A stretch of DNA of 64,000 nucleotides from contig CBFDEM010000058.1 of assembly GCA_965603825.1 (NCBI GenBank), positions 372,001 through 436,000 on the forward strand. Reading direction: 5' to 3'. A program made the position numbers and the translations under genes. This DNA comes from Blepharisma stoltei ATCC 30299 (Eukaryota; Protista; Ciliophora). Under the pieces are notes generated by a model. The model did not search any database. It was not told the origin of the DNA and was given only the letters and a program-made list of their open reading frames with translations. Below, piece by piece: positions 35,426 through 48,585 of this stretch (its first letter is position 1; each line of letters starts with the position of its first letter).

Positions 35426-36006
35426 TTTTTGTTTGCTCCTCATCCATCTTAGATCAAGCAATTCTATATATAATTTGAAAAAATAATCCCTATCGTTAAT
35501 TGAATGATTTCATATATTGCAAACATTTTATAAGATTAATTAACGCTTACTAAAATTTATAAAAATATTAATAGTTTTCGAAGAGAATTTATAGTGTATT
35601 GATTTTTTAAACTCTGTTCTAAGTAATAGTGGGACGATCGATAAAGGATGGGGAGAATAGTGGAAATGAATTACGAGAAAGCCATTAAATCAGCCAAGCA
35701 TTTTTCAAGCTAAAAAATCATTTTAAATTTTTTAGCTAAATATTATAGAGACAGATCTTATTAATTGATAAACAATTTCATCTATGAACTGGAAGAATCT
35801 AATAAATCTATCAATAAAGCTAGTTAGCTATAAAGCAATCCTTAATGAATATGCTAAATAAGATAATAAATTTGAACTCTCTTTATTCAGTATGCTTTTT
35901 GAATGGAAGATGAAAGGAATCATTATTTATTGAGAAAGTGTGCCTTCTTTAATAAAAATCAACATAAATAATCAATTCTATTAGCATTTAGTTATTTACA
36001 TCCTCT

Positions 36007-36990
36007 TTAATACCCTTTTGCTTTATCGACTATTGATGTAAGCTGCCTTCCGTTTAGAAAAGACTCTAAATTATCTTTAAAACACTTCATTCTATTTTCT
36101 TCTGAAATTAATGTCATTCCTCCATTATGTGGAGAAATAAGTAAATTTGGAGCATTTCAGAGCGGTGAGTTCTGAGGTATTGGCTCATTTCAAAATACAT
36201 CTAAGGCTGCTCCAGCAATTGACCGATTATGCAGCGCATTAACTAAATCTCTTTCGTTGATACTATCTCCTCTCCCTACATTAATAATAACAGCGGTCTT
36301 CTTCATAAGTGCAATTTCGCGCTCTGCTATAACATTATTCGTCATCCTTGTGCTTGGTAGTGCCATAAACAAAAAATCTGCACTTGGAAGAATTTCATGC
36401 AATTTTTCCATATCAAAAATTTGGTCAGCAATTCCATCTGGCTCAACCTTAGTTCTTTTAATTCCTATAACACTCATATTTAACATTTTGCACATCCTTG
36501 CAACTGATTTCCCGATTGATCCGTATCCCAAAATCACTATTGTAGATTTTGATAAAGTGGGCATATTAAACGGACAAAATAATTTTTTATCTTTTTGTAG
36601 GCGAAGGGTTTCTATTTTTTTATTAAAATAAAGCATCGCCCCTAGACAATATTCAGAGAGGGAGAAGTCATAGACGCCTTTGGTATTTGTAAATGGGACA
36701 GGACTTGAAATTAATTCTTCAGTCAAAAAAGATCTCACTCCTGTTGAAAAAGCGTGAATTCACTTAAGTGGGTTACTCCTTACGCATTCGTCCACATGAT
36801 TTGGCTGTATCTTTCCAAATAAAACCAAAACATCTGTGTATCCTCATTGATCTGAGCTTTGGAATTCTTCGAATTGCTTGTAGCATTCGATTTTTAGTTG
36901 GGGATAAAAAGTGCTGTATTCAAGGAGTCTAGGAATAAGGTGGTACGATCTCATTGATATCAAGACCGAAATCACATGCTCTGCATTCAT
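36007..36990 (-). CDS. D-isomer-specific 2-hydroxyacid dehydrogenase, paralog 2
   Basis: LK*IHAFSTGV, GYGSIG, NVGRG, SPL*NAPNLLISPH, ending VDKAKGY. Confidence 0.92.
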
Positions 36991-37176
36991 TGCTAAAAGT
37001 TATTACATTTTCTTATTAATTTTCATTTCCTAATCAAATTTGTAAAAAGTTAATACTTGGTAAATTTATCGAATCTAAAAAAATAAAGTTTATTATATAG
37101 AGCTATTTTACGATGAATTTATCCCACTCATAGGGTGGAAGAAGATATATTTAAGGATCTGAAAAGGTAATTTCTC

Positions 37177-37295
37177 GTTGTCGGCCATACTATGCCTAAC
37201 GCACCAGATCCCATCCGAACTCTGAAGTTAAGCGGCATAAGGCGAGGTTAGTACTTGGGTGGGGGACCGCCAGGGAAGCCCTCGTGCTGACAGCT
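37177..37295 (+). rRNA. 5S rRNA, copy 2
   Basis: Identical by eye to 32933-33051; followed by TTTTT. Confidence 0.96.
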
Positions 37296-37683
37296 AGACT
37301 TTTTATTGTGGCAAATAATTATAAACTGCTTCTTTTGATCTTTTGTCATTTATTTAGCCTGCAAGTCTTTAAAAATTATTGAATCTTTATTTCATTTTTA
37401 TATATAAAATTAAGTAAGTTACCAATAATATTTATTAGTGCCAAAACAATTTAAATCACTATCAGAAACCTTTTTTATAAGCTTTCCATGGATTCAAGAG
37501 CTAAATTTTTGTCTCACTTTTAATTAAGAATACTTAATAATTTTTAGTGATTAAGCAAGACAGGGCTTGAAGTCTAAAGTTTGCTAGAAGCATATTCAGC
37601 GTAATATCGAATGAATTTGTATACATCAAGCAATTTTCTTGGTAAAAACTTAAACATTAATATTATCCAACTTATAAACAGAA

Positions 37684-37959
37684 TTACTTATTTCTTGGCA
37701 CTTGAGAGCTTCTTCTTGCTTCGACAGCCTCAGTGCATTCTCCAATTCAGTGCTTTTTTCCATTACAAAACGAACAAAACCCTTTTCTGCAGTTTATACA
37801 TACAAGGTTTTGTGCTTTAAACTCCTCTGTCAAGACTTGAGTTGGCTGAGGTGTTTTGCATTGAGGGCATTGAGCATTTGCAAACTGCTTTTTAGGCAAG
37901 CTCCTTTTTGTTTCTTCTTCTGGGTTAAAGCCAAATGGAAAACCTCCTGCAAGATTCAT
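37684..37959 (-). CDS. Small Cys-rich protein, IBR-like (C6HC) zinc finger
   Basis: CPQC...CINCRKGFCSFCNGKKH*IGEC with TGA=W; TAA at 37684. Confidence 0.65.
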
Positions 37960-38170
37960 TTTATTATTATATCTACTTATCAGCTCATTTTTTAATGAAA
38001 ATCATCAATTCATTCCCTGTACAAATAAGCACCTAAAATGATTAAATTAAAATTAGCCAAAATTTATTTAACTTAAACGCTTTTCTCGTTTATGTTTTGG
38101 AAATAAGTTAATAGAGCATTTAGGCAACGTAAAAATATATAATCCCTAAGCCAAAAATAACATCTTGAAA

Positions 38171-38707
38171 ATGAAACGAAAGGTTCTGCCTATGTTTTCA
38201 AAAAAGGCAATGCAAAATCCCATAGAAAGTGACTCATCTTCTGCAGATCATCATGACATGACAGCTACTACATCAACGTCTTCTACGAACTACAGCAACA
38301 TCAAAGATTTCCCAACAGTAAAAAGCTCATCAAGGTCAATCATAAACTGTCAAAGCTTAGCCACCTTCTCTCACCTAAATAATGTTGAATTTAGTCCTTC
38401 AGAATTCGAAATTGCGCCTATTAAAGAAAACAACCAAGAGACTTCTTATGAAGAAGAAGACTCTTTGCTGCTAGAATTAGCTGAGTTTCTCAGCAATCCT
38501 AGCAAGCCTAATAATCAATCTAAGCTTGCTATTAGCAAACCTAAGAGGACTCTAGGCAAAAAACTTTCCCAACCGTCAATCAGAATCAAGATCGACAGCA
38601 ATAACATTATGAGAACTGCTCGAAAACGGACGTCAAACATCACAGACGACGACCTTGCACAGCTTTTAAAAAAGGACAACAAATTTAGAAGGGGATTTTT
38701 GCAATAA
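38171..38707 (+). CDS. Hypothetical S-rich disordered protein
   Basis: About 178 aa ATG-TAA ORF. Confidence 0.6.
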   Translation: MKRKVLPMFSKKAMQNPIESDSSSADHHDMTATTSTSSTNYSNIKDFPTVKSSSRSIINCQSLATFSHLNNVEFSPSEFEIAPIKENNQETSYEEEDSLLLELAEFLSNPSKPNNQSKLAISKPKRTLGKKLSQPSIRIKIDSNNIMRTARKRTSNITDDDLAQLLKKDNKFRRGFLQ

Positions 38708-38769
38708 TTTAACTGCTAAGTCTGTTGTATAAATAAACTTAAAAGTTATGCAGAATTTTATAAGAGTAA

Positions 38770-41538
38770 ATGGATCAATTCTTCAAAGAAATCGAGGACT
38801 ACTGCGAAGCTTATTTTACAGTTGCAGACTACTTCTTGACTGTAGGGTTCACAGATCAAGTGATAAAAGACCACCTAGAATGCGGAGAAGAGCTCATCCC
38901 ATCAGTTTTGTCTCAGTTTCCTCCATCAACTCGTGGATCTCTTAATTTGCCTACAACCCTCCCTATGGTATTTTCCAATTAGTTTTGCTTTCCTTGAGGT
39001 GCATCAATCAGCCAAAGCAAAGCCAAGCTTGCTACAAATCTTTTCAATTTGATTTTGCAAGATGATCTAGGGACACCTCTATATTGTACATGCCTTCATG
39101 TTTTGGAAGAAAGAGGCGAAGAGATGAAACAAGATAGAAATGCTATCAATCTTCTTCCAAGCACTTCAACCGGTTCAGACTCAACTTTCGAAACGGCAAG
39201 TGAGAGAAGTGAGTATTTCAGCCCAGAAAATATTAGGGTTACTATTAGTGAGTGTCCGAATTACGAACAGTCAAGTACAGATCGAGATCGATCTGTCAGT
39301 GAGTTCTATACAACTTCTCTGCCGAGCTCCCCTACATTTAAATATAAGCCAGTCTTCTTGGAAAACCAAAACTCAAAGATCGTCCCCAAAGCTATTGTAA
39401 TTGTATCTAGAAGCCCGTATTTAGAAATTTTTAAGAGAATATTGCTGAATATCTATAAGATGAGCACCGATGGGATTAAGATTCCAATGGAGTGCGTGAT
39501 TTCTCATCTAATGCTGACTATTCCGCATCCTCCAAAGGGAGAAGTAGAATTAATGTACCTATTGAATACTCATTATTTCAAGTTTTCTATGCCTCCTAAA
39601 AATCAACTGCCATTACTTGATGTAAATCTTGGGGTTCTTTTTCACAGGTTAGATCTAGATAAAGTCATGTGCATTTTCCAACACTTATCACTTGAAAGGT
39701 CGATAGTGTTCTTATCCACAAATGAAGATTTGTTAACGTCTTGCTCTTACTGTTTATTATCTTTATTGTACCCTCTACAATGGACTTTGCTATATATCCC
39801 AGTTTTGCCTGAAAAAATGATTGATTTTTTGTATTCGCCAATTAAATATGTATTTGGGGTTCATTCAAAGTATAAAGAAGCAGTCTATGCAAGATGCATG
39901 AGCTCAGCTTGTATAGTCGATTTGGATGAAAATTCAATAGAAACTACTGCTCAAGCAGTTAAAATTTCTCAAACTGCAAGATATGGGCAATCAACTCTGC
40001 CAAATCTGCCTGAACATTATGGTAAAAAGTTACATAAAGAACTAAGTCAGTCTCTATTGAAAGCAGGTGGGGTTAAAGCGAACTCAATTTCTCTGTCAAC
40101 CCCAAAGCTTGATGAGTTTACAATTAAAAGCATTAGGCAGTCATTTTTTAAATATTACGTCTCAATTTTCCTGAATTATGGAAAATACGTAAACATGGAA
40201 TGGACTGAATATGGAGGCTCTAAATTTTTTTCGCATCATGAGTTTTTAGAAACGCATCCAGATAATTCAAGATCTTATATGAAAGAAATGATCAATTCAC
40301 AAATGTTCAGCAGTTTTTTGGAGAAAAAGTTAAGGCCAAAGAATAATGATGACTATTTCGAAGTTTTGTATTTTGATGAGAGTATTGTAGCGAAAATGAA
40401 TAGATCAAAGCTGAAGTATACGAAAGCTAGCACACCTTTTATAGAAGATAAATCAGTGGGGTTCAAAGACGTTGCTCAAGTTCCGTCACTATATTCAGTG
40501 TATCCAGCAGTTGGATGGTTTCAATACAAAAACTTCCCGGATTTTGATCTTCAGTTGCTATCAGCATATGGACTGCCTAAAAATAGATTGCCGAAATGTA
40601 GGGACTACCCCGATACCCCATCGTATACTAATATTTATATTCCTCACACCCACTGGCCTACAAACCAGCACTGTGTTATTGCTTGCTGGATTGAAGTCTG
40701 GGCTGCTTCTCTCTGACATCAGGATTTAGCTGACCACTCTGACATGCTCAACAAAGCAATTTTTGTCCTAGGAAAATACCACAAATTTCCTACTCCCAGT
40801 TTGCTTTCAGCTATGCTTGAATCATGCTGTGAATTCAACGCATCTCTTGGCATTTCCCTATTTTCTTTCCTTTCTTCATCTAAATTCCTTATCGATATGG
40901 TCTGTATAAAAATTCTTCGCAAAACGGTCTCAAAGCTACTCAAAGGAAACCAAAACATGGAAGATATTGACTGTGACAGAAGCTTAATGATAACAAATGC
41001 AATCATAAATTCAGATGATCTAGCTGAAAACAGCAGAAAAAGAATTTTCACAGGCGAAGGAGAAATCAATATTTTTGTAAGGGGATTTTGCAAGGTGTGT
41101 GGGAGAAAAATCCCTAATACAGAAATTGCTGAACAGCATGCTGATAACCCGTATAGCTTAGCTTGCCGATGCAAATGCGGAGAGCTTTATCAACCACAGC
41201 TGAAAGTGAGGAACTGTTTAGATGATGCAATAATTGTGGAAACTATTTTTATGTCACCTAAGTCTCTGCGGCAGTCTTTTGTAGAGCTAATCAAGGACAA
41301 AGACCTGCCACTGAAATTAGATTTTGACATCCTTCGACTGGAGCTCCCCATGATTTTTTGGAACCTAATCTGGCAATTCAACCTTTCTTCATTACCATTT
41401 GAATTCTTATTCCCCTATGAATCCCAAACAACTTCTTTCCTAACCAACAGCATCCGCAAAGAAATGTCAACACAAACAGAAAGCTACCCTAACCTAGCAG
41501 AAGTCCTGGCGATCTATGAAGAACTTGTAAGTCAATAA
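38770..41538 (+). CDS. DENN-domain Rab GEF (15-nt intron at 38968-38982)
   Basis: VADYFLTVG; spliced PMFCFP*G; LLYPLQWTLLYIPVLP and SQMFSSFLE. Co-frame through TGA at 40714. Confidence 0.9.
38968..38982 (+). other. 15-nt spliceosomal intron
   Basis: GTATTTTCCAATTAG; removal restores the uDENN FCFP motif. Confidence 0.92.
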
Positions 41539-41589
41539 TTAAACTAATTTCTAAAGAAACTTTTAGTAGTTAAAAAGCGGTTTATTAAT

Positions 41590-42720
41590 TGGGGCATTAT
41601 TATACATGGATCCATGAGCCCTCCTCCTCCTCCGCTTATTATTCCAAAGTCTGTCATTGGCATACCATGTTCATATTGCAAGGGCCGGTCCCAGCCCTCC
41701 TGTTGCTATGCCGTGGAAAATGAATCTTTAACTCCCAGAGTGCTCTCATCTCTTCCTCCACCTTTTCTTCTTCTTTTTTCTCCTTAGCCTGCGTCTTCTT
41801 CTCCAATTTTCAATCCTAGTCGACATATCTTTCATAGTCTGTATAAAGTATAGTATCGCAACATCAAAATATCCTGCTCTCCATAAAAATATCCGGTGCA
41901 ATAAAGGAATAGCACACATATATGCACACACAAATGTTTCTTTGCCTCTTATTTCTATAAAATATTTTAGTGATTTTGTAGATTTGCTTTCTTGACGGTC
42001 TCCATCGTGCCTCCGAAAACTTGGTCAGCCTTGCTGATCGCTAAGGACTGTGTGGGTATCTTTGGCTGATTCTATAAACAAGATGAGATTCTCTTCATTT
42101 CTAACAAAGCGTGGTGTTCAAGTGATTTTATTAATCCTAGCTATCGAAACTTATAACACTTTACTTGAGAGCCTCATAGTCTTCTTGCTCAATCAGCAGC
42201 TCGTTGATAGCTTCGTTTACTTATACATCTATACTGACCGAAGCCAATGGAGGCATAATCAAAGATTTCCAGCTCTTCTTAGTACTTGAACAGCTTTGGT
42301 ATGATCAATTTTGGAGAAATGTTCTTAAAGTATTCAAGATAGAAAATCATGGCTCTGAAAAATAAATTCTTGCTTTGATGTTTTTTGAATCACGTCAGTG
42401 AATATTTCATGGCTCCAGGATTTAGGAGAATGATCAATCATTTTGACCAAGCATTATCAAATTAATTATATTTTATAAATAAGAAAAATGCTTCTGGCCA
42501 TCTGAATCTTCCACAAGCTCTTAGTTTTGGGCCTCTTTCGCTGGCCATTCCGCTTTCTAAGAGAGACATAAGCTCGTTTGGGTATCCATTGTGCTCGTAA
42601 TGTCTTATAATATTTTTTTCGTATTTTAAAATATTCCAATTCAAAAAAATTATTTAATTTATAAAATGAAGGTAATATTGCTCGGTAATGCATCTGATAT
42701 CTGAGATCAGTTCTTGTAAG
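41590..42720 (-). pseudogene. Decayed clathrin heavy chain C-terminal fragment
   Basis: Broken frames give YEHNGYPNELMSLLESG, DHTKAVQVLRRAG, VNEAINELLIEQEDYEALK, LEHHALLEMKRIS and WRAGYFDVAILYFIQTMKD, colinear with clathrin heavy chain but with stops, frameshifts and deletions. Ends approximate. Confidence 0.82.
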
Positions 42721-44280
42721 GAATGTCGAGGCAAATAGTTGAGAAAAAAACTTTTAGGAGATATTCGACAATCCTTTTAGAAATTTAACAAATTGTTGCT
42801 CTTTTTAGCTTGATTTGGGATTTTATCGTTTAAACCAATTTTATTATGATAAATTAACGAAAACATTCTTAATTATTGATTTTATATGTAAATAAGGTAA
42901 ACAAAAAATTTAAATTTATATTTGAAAACTTAAAATTATTATGTCCTCCATAGACAACTTTACATTCAAGGGCGAAACTGGCAAAACTCTTATAAAGTCT
43001 CCTGGATCAATCCAAGGGCAAGTTTTCAACCTCATGCAGCTTGAAGGATGTACAATCTACTTACTAGACCACTCTGATGCAGTTTATGTTGATGAATGCC
43101 GTAATTGCACAATTTTTATCGGTCCTGTCCAGGGCTCTTGTTTCCTTCGCAACTGCAATACCTCCACTTTTTCAATTGCTTGCAATCAAATTCGTACCCG
43201 TGACTGCACTGAACTGACAATTTTTCTCTATTCCCAAGCTGACCCTCATATAGAAAAATCATTCGGCATTAAATTTGCTCCTTATAATTTCTCATACCCT
43301 TTCCAAGATAAGCACTTTCAAGCAGCAAAACTAAACCCAGACGCTAATAAATGAAGCGTGGTCTATGATCACAATTCCAGTGAAGGTGAAGGACATTTTG
43401 AATATTTACCTCCTAATCAGTTCGTTGAAGAATCCAAAGAGATTTCCGGTTTTCCACCTCCAGTCAATCCAGTCCAGAGAAGTGTGATGTATGGAGGAAA
43501 CATCAGAGAAGATATAATCCCACCTAGGGCTGCCAAAAATATTCAGAGTCCTATGCCTGTGAGAAGAGACTTACCACCTCCAGCTATCGCAAATCCTACA
43601 GATAACCAAAATTTGTCAGCGCAGGAAGATAGAAGATATGTCCCTTTTAATTCACCTAAGATGGGAGAAGTGTCTCAGGTTGAAGCAAAAATTCAAAACC
43701 AAGTACAATTAAATGCTAATATTTCTCAAAATGAAGATTTAGGCATTATACAAGTTCTAACATATAACTACAGGCAAGGCCAAGGATTTGAATATGATTA
43801 TACAGGAGTGACAAGTTTTCCAAATGAAATTATTAGGGGAACATTAGAATCTCTGGATGTGATTGTGAAGCCGTTTAATGAGAGCTTGAACTTGCTTTTC
43901 TTGTGCTCCATGCTCGTTGTTATTGGCTTTTTTGTGCTGTTTTTACAATTTTTTATATTGAGGATGACATCAGAATGGAGAAAAGAAGCTTGGGCTATAG
44001 TTATTGTGTTTATTTGTATCAGTTTTATTGTGCTTCAGGTAATTATTTTCTTAAAAAAAAGAAATCTTTCAAAGGATGGAGAAATTAAGGTGTTGGAGTT
44101 TGTAACGCAGGAGAACAGTAAATCCTATGAACAGAGAAAAGCTACATTAAATGCAACGCTAAATATGGTGAGAATTGAGATTAAGTAATAATAATATAAG
44201 AAATTAAGATAAGATAAGATTATCTTTTTGTGAAGAGAACAAAATTTTTTCAATAGTCATTAGGTGTTAAAGCAAAAATT
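42278..44280 (+). repeat. Segmental duplication unit A (clathrin pseudogene part + RP2-like gene)
   Basis: Direct repeat of about 47837-49926, from CTTAGTACTT to GTCATTAGGTGTTAAAGCAAAAATT. Confidence 0.92.
42941..44188 (+). CDS. RP2/TBCC-domain protein with two C-terminal transmembrane segments, copy 1
   Basis: PGSIQGQVF...IYLLDHS...VDEC...IFIGPVQGSCFLRNC...ACNQIRTRDC...PHIEKS; NK*SVVYDH with TGA=W. Confidence 0.88.
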
Positions 44281-44328
44281 AATACATATGTTTAAATTAA
44301 AGGGGGATTTGAATTTATTATATTATAA

Positions 44329-45130
44329 ATGGTAAAAAATCTCAAGTCTAACACTCATAGTAAAACAAGAAGACCCTTACAAAAAGCCAACTTCATTCAA
44401 ACAGTCGATATTTTCAACCTAAAGAATAATCATGAACCATTTCAAGTAGAAATCCCATTAAACAAACTTTTCCAAGAGAAAATAGCTCGTACTGCACGCA
44501 CAAAGTGGTGAAAGGTTACAGAAAACACCAAAGAGTTTCTCGATGGCTTTCAAATCGTAATCCTAAATTGCTATCGTGGGCCTGAACACGGGAGCGTTGA
44601 GAAAGAAACTCTTGCCTTTTCATGGCCAATAGAATCCATCGATGAAGAAGATATAGAAGCATGCATAATAACCGGCGAGATGGATGACTTTTACATTCAA
44701 GGAAACAACCCAGATATAAACTTAACTCGTCTCTACATGCGAAATTTGTGCAATTATTGCAGCAGTTATAGAAATAAATGGAAAAATAAAGGAACCTCTA
44801 GAAGGAAGATGAAAGAATGGCGGCTATTCTATTGCGATGCTTTTCAAATCCCAAAGCATTATCTGCGAGAAAATAGCAAAATACCAAATTGGGGTTTTTG
44901 CAGAAAGAGGTGAAAAAGTTTATCTTCTTGTCCATTTGCAAAATCTCAGCGTCATCCACTCATCATTTGCCATTGTAGAAGGGCCTTTGATTTATTTTTA
45001 TAATTCTTGAATGATGAAGCCAGTTATTTTGAAGCTTAAAGGTCTCAAGCAATTCACGATCAAGGATTTCAAAGGAAATGGAACACTTTTTATTCCGAAG
45101 GAGTGGTTCCGATTAAGAGCCTTTAAATAA
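44329..45130 (+). CDS. Hypothetical protein, apparently frameshifted near 44725
   Basis: The frame from ATG 44329 is open (TGA=W) to TAA 45003. The +1 frame is open 44726-45130 with more protein-like composition. Confidence 0.55.
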
Positions 45131-45244
45131 ATTTATTTTAGAAATTAATTTTATTAAAACTTGCTAAGCTATTAAAAATTAAATTAGGATTTAGCATTAT
45201 CTTAATGACTAATAATTTATTAATTTCATAACCCCCCTAATAAT

Positions 45245-47848
45245 ATGAGCCAGCCATCTCAAAAGCATCACAAAATTGCTGCACAGAAAGATTTCAAAAA
45301 AGAAAGGAATATTAGAGCAATGAATGAAGCCCAAGCTTTTATTCAAGCAAAAAAAAAGATTTCTCCAACAGAAACAATTAAAAATATAATTCAGGGAATC
45401 CCATATCATGAAATTTCAGAATCGCTATTTAATGATCCAGAAACTCTTCAATCTGCTTTAGAATCGATTTCTTCTGCAATAGAACATTATGATCAATTTT
45501 ATTCAATAGATCAATTAAAGACTGCAATTAATGAAGCAATTGACTCCAAAATTTCACTTTTTGAAACACAAGAATTGCAATTGAATTGTGAATTGTGGAA
45601 AGAAGCAATATTTTCTTACTTGAGCATTTTTAAAACAGAAATTGCCGAATCTTTAAAGGATTTCTGAATAAATATTATGAGTTCATCTCAAAAGTATCCA
45701 TCAATTCCTCAAAGGTCATTTCAAAATCTTCATTCCAAGATTATCGAAGAAATAGAGCATTTAAAACCCTCAAATCCTGGTTTTTCAGCAGAAGAAATTT
45801 GCATAATTGAAGATAAAGAAGGATGTAATGGAGCATTTTGCGATTCTCTTGAATCTATTGAAAAAAATGCATGTTTCAGCAATAAAATGGAATGTACTAG
45901 CAGATGCTTATGCAAAGAAGAAACTTGCCTAAATCGCTCAATATCTAAAAACAGACGAAAATACATTAAAGATGTGGATGTGATAGAAATGCCAGCTTTT
46001 GGATTTGATAAAAGAACAGCCCAGATAATTTTACAAATAATTGGAAAATCTATAGATGCGAAAAGATTTCTTAATGTTTCTATGCCAATTGCAATAAATT
46101 GGGCAGCAAATCAAATAAATGACAGCTTTAAACACATTTTACAAGGCATAATGACTGAAGAAATTTTTAATCTGAATGATAAATATTTTTCTAAAGCTTT
46201 ATATAACTCGATTGAAGCCTTAGGTGAAATATATGGGCATGATATTATTTTAAAGGAATTCACCATCCATCAAAAAGGTTATGGAATCTTTTGCAACACC
46301 TCTCAAGGAATCCCGAAAAATGCCTTTTTGGGGGAATACGCAGGCCAAATATATTCGGCAGGAGAATTTTATGAAAAAGACCTTGCAATCCAAAATAGTA
46401 AAAATAAAATCCAACCTGCAAACTCTACCAATGAATCATCCAATTTTTATACAGTTGAGCTGGAAAGAAACAAAAATGATATAAAAGGCTATTCTGTTTT
46501 TTTTGTGGATCCTATACCAAGAGGAAATTGAACTTGCAAAATTAATCACTCTTGCTACCCAAATTGCGAAGCAAGAACAGTGATTGCAAATGGCAGGTAT
46601 ACAATCGGTCTCTATACAATAAGAAGAATAAAGTCATTGGAAGAATTAACATGGAACTATTCCTCATGCACAGATCAGATTGAAGAGTATAAAAACAGTA
46701 TTTGCTTATGCTCAAAAACTAATTGTTCTGGATACTATCTCATTAACCCTTCAAAAACAGATATTTGTCTACCCCTTGCTGGAAAAATATGTGCTCTCTT
46801 ATTTTCAAGTTCAGCCAAAATTACCTCTGATGAAATTCAATACATAGAGCAATTTAATCTTGATAAATCTCTGATGCATGAAATTCCAGAGTGATTAAAG
46901 TGCTGAACCTATACAACACTTAACTATATCACATCCTATATTGAGTTAAGGAAAAATGACGCTCTAAGCAATTTAAAAGCAAAAATTGAAGCCAAATTGA
47001 GTAGCGAACTTGAAAAAATAGACTTATTAAAGGATTCATTAATAAAAGAGTTAACTATTTCTTTATCCCGGGCAAGATATTTGCTAAGTAATATCCCTGA
47101 TTCAAATATGCCTCCGATCTGCATCCTCACAGAAATTGAAGTCTTGAATTATTTATGGGGTGATGACTGCAATTCTATTAAAAATCAGCTAAATACCTTA
47201 TTTGAAAATGATATAAGCGTTAAAGTTCAAAATTTGACCAAAAAGCCCATCAACAACTTAAATGAAGCGAGAACAGAACTCTTGAAAATAAAAGACCATT
47301 TGAAAGAAAACCAATCCAACAATTGAATTTATAAAGGTATTGCAGATATTTTACATTTGACTGCCTACAACCAATTATTTTTCAGATTTAATGCTTATCA
47401 ATCGTTTACTTCAAAGAATATCAGGCTTAAAAATTGTGAACTTTATAATTTTGAATGCAGTGAATATTATGAAGAAGAATCAAATTTCGAATACGATGGC
47501 GAGCACTTGCATAGATTGCTTGCTGGGTGGAATTCGCGCGATTATGCTGCGAATAAAAGTATTATGTTTAATGGCTTAAAAGGGCCTCTCTTGCTCCCAT
47601 CAATCCAAAACTCTCAACCTTCATTTTACAACGAAATATCGCGGATCAAATTTTTAAATAAAATATTTGAAGCTCCCTTAGTTTCATGGAGTGAATATGA
47701 GGAAGCAAATTTATTTATATTTGATGAGGAAGCAAAAGTCTTTGGAACACCTATGTTCTATGACTACGTTAACAAAAATATTTCTGTGCTTAATGTATGC
47801 TTTCAGGATTTGGACGTCCAATGAAACTTAATTTCACTTAGTACTTAG
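45245..47848 (+). CDS. ATXR3/SDG2-like SET-domain histone lysine methyltransferase (about 867 aa)
   Basis: Five co-frame ORFs joined by TGA: KGYGIFCN...FLGEYAGQIY...FYTVELERNKNDIKGY...NHSCYPNCEA...GRYTIGLY...EELTWNY...EEY...CLCSKTNCSGYYL. Confidence 0.85.
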
Positions 47849-47849
47849 A

Positions 47850-48400
47850 CAGCCTTGGCATGGTCAATTTTGGGAGAAATGTTCTTTAAGTCATTAATAA
47901 GCATGGGCTGCTCTTCAAGATAAAAAATCATGGCTCTGAAAAATAAATTCTTACTTTGATGCTTTTTGAATCATGTCAGTGAAAATATCATAGCTCCAGG
48001 ATTTAGGAGAATTATCAATCATTATGGCCAAGCATTATCAAATTCATTATATTTTATGTATAAGAAAACTGCTTCTGACCACCTGAACATTTCACAAGCT
48101 CTTAGTTTTTGGGCTTCTTTTGCTGGCCACTCCCCTTTCTAAGAGAGATATAAGCTCGTCTGGGTATCCATTCTTATCGTAATATCTTATAATATTTTTT
48201 AACTCCTTCATATCAATTAGTAAACAAAAAGATTTGATCGCTCACAGAGGGTCTTAATTTTTTTCCTTCAGGTTTCATATTAAGTATTTTTTCGAATTTT
48301 AAAATATTCCAATTCGAAAATAAAATTATTTAATTTATAAAATGAAGGTAATATTGCTCGATAATGCATCTGATATCTGAGATCAGATATTATAAGGAAC
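47850..48400 (-). pseudogene. Second clathrin heavy chain pseudogene fragment
   Basis: Homologous to 42290-42720 (YDKNGYPDELISLLERG), with different indels. Confidence 0.75.
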
Positions 48401-48585
48401 GGAAATATTTGAAAATCTTTATTAGAAATTTAACAAATTTTTGATCTTTTTAGCTTGATTTGGGCTTTTATCTTTCTAACCAATTTTATTATGATAAATT
48501 AAAAGAAAGCATTTTAATTATTGATTTTATATGTAAATAAGGTAAACAAAAAATTTAAATTTATATTTGAAAACTTAAAATTATT

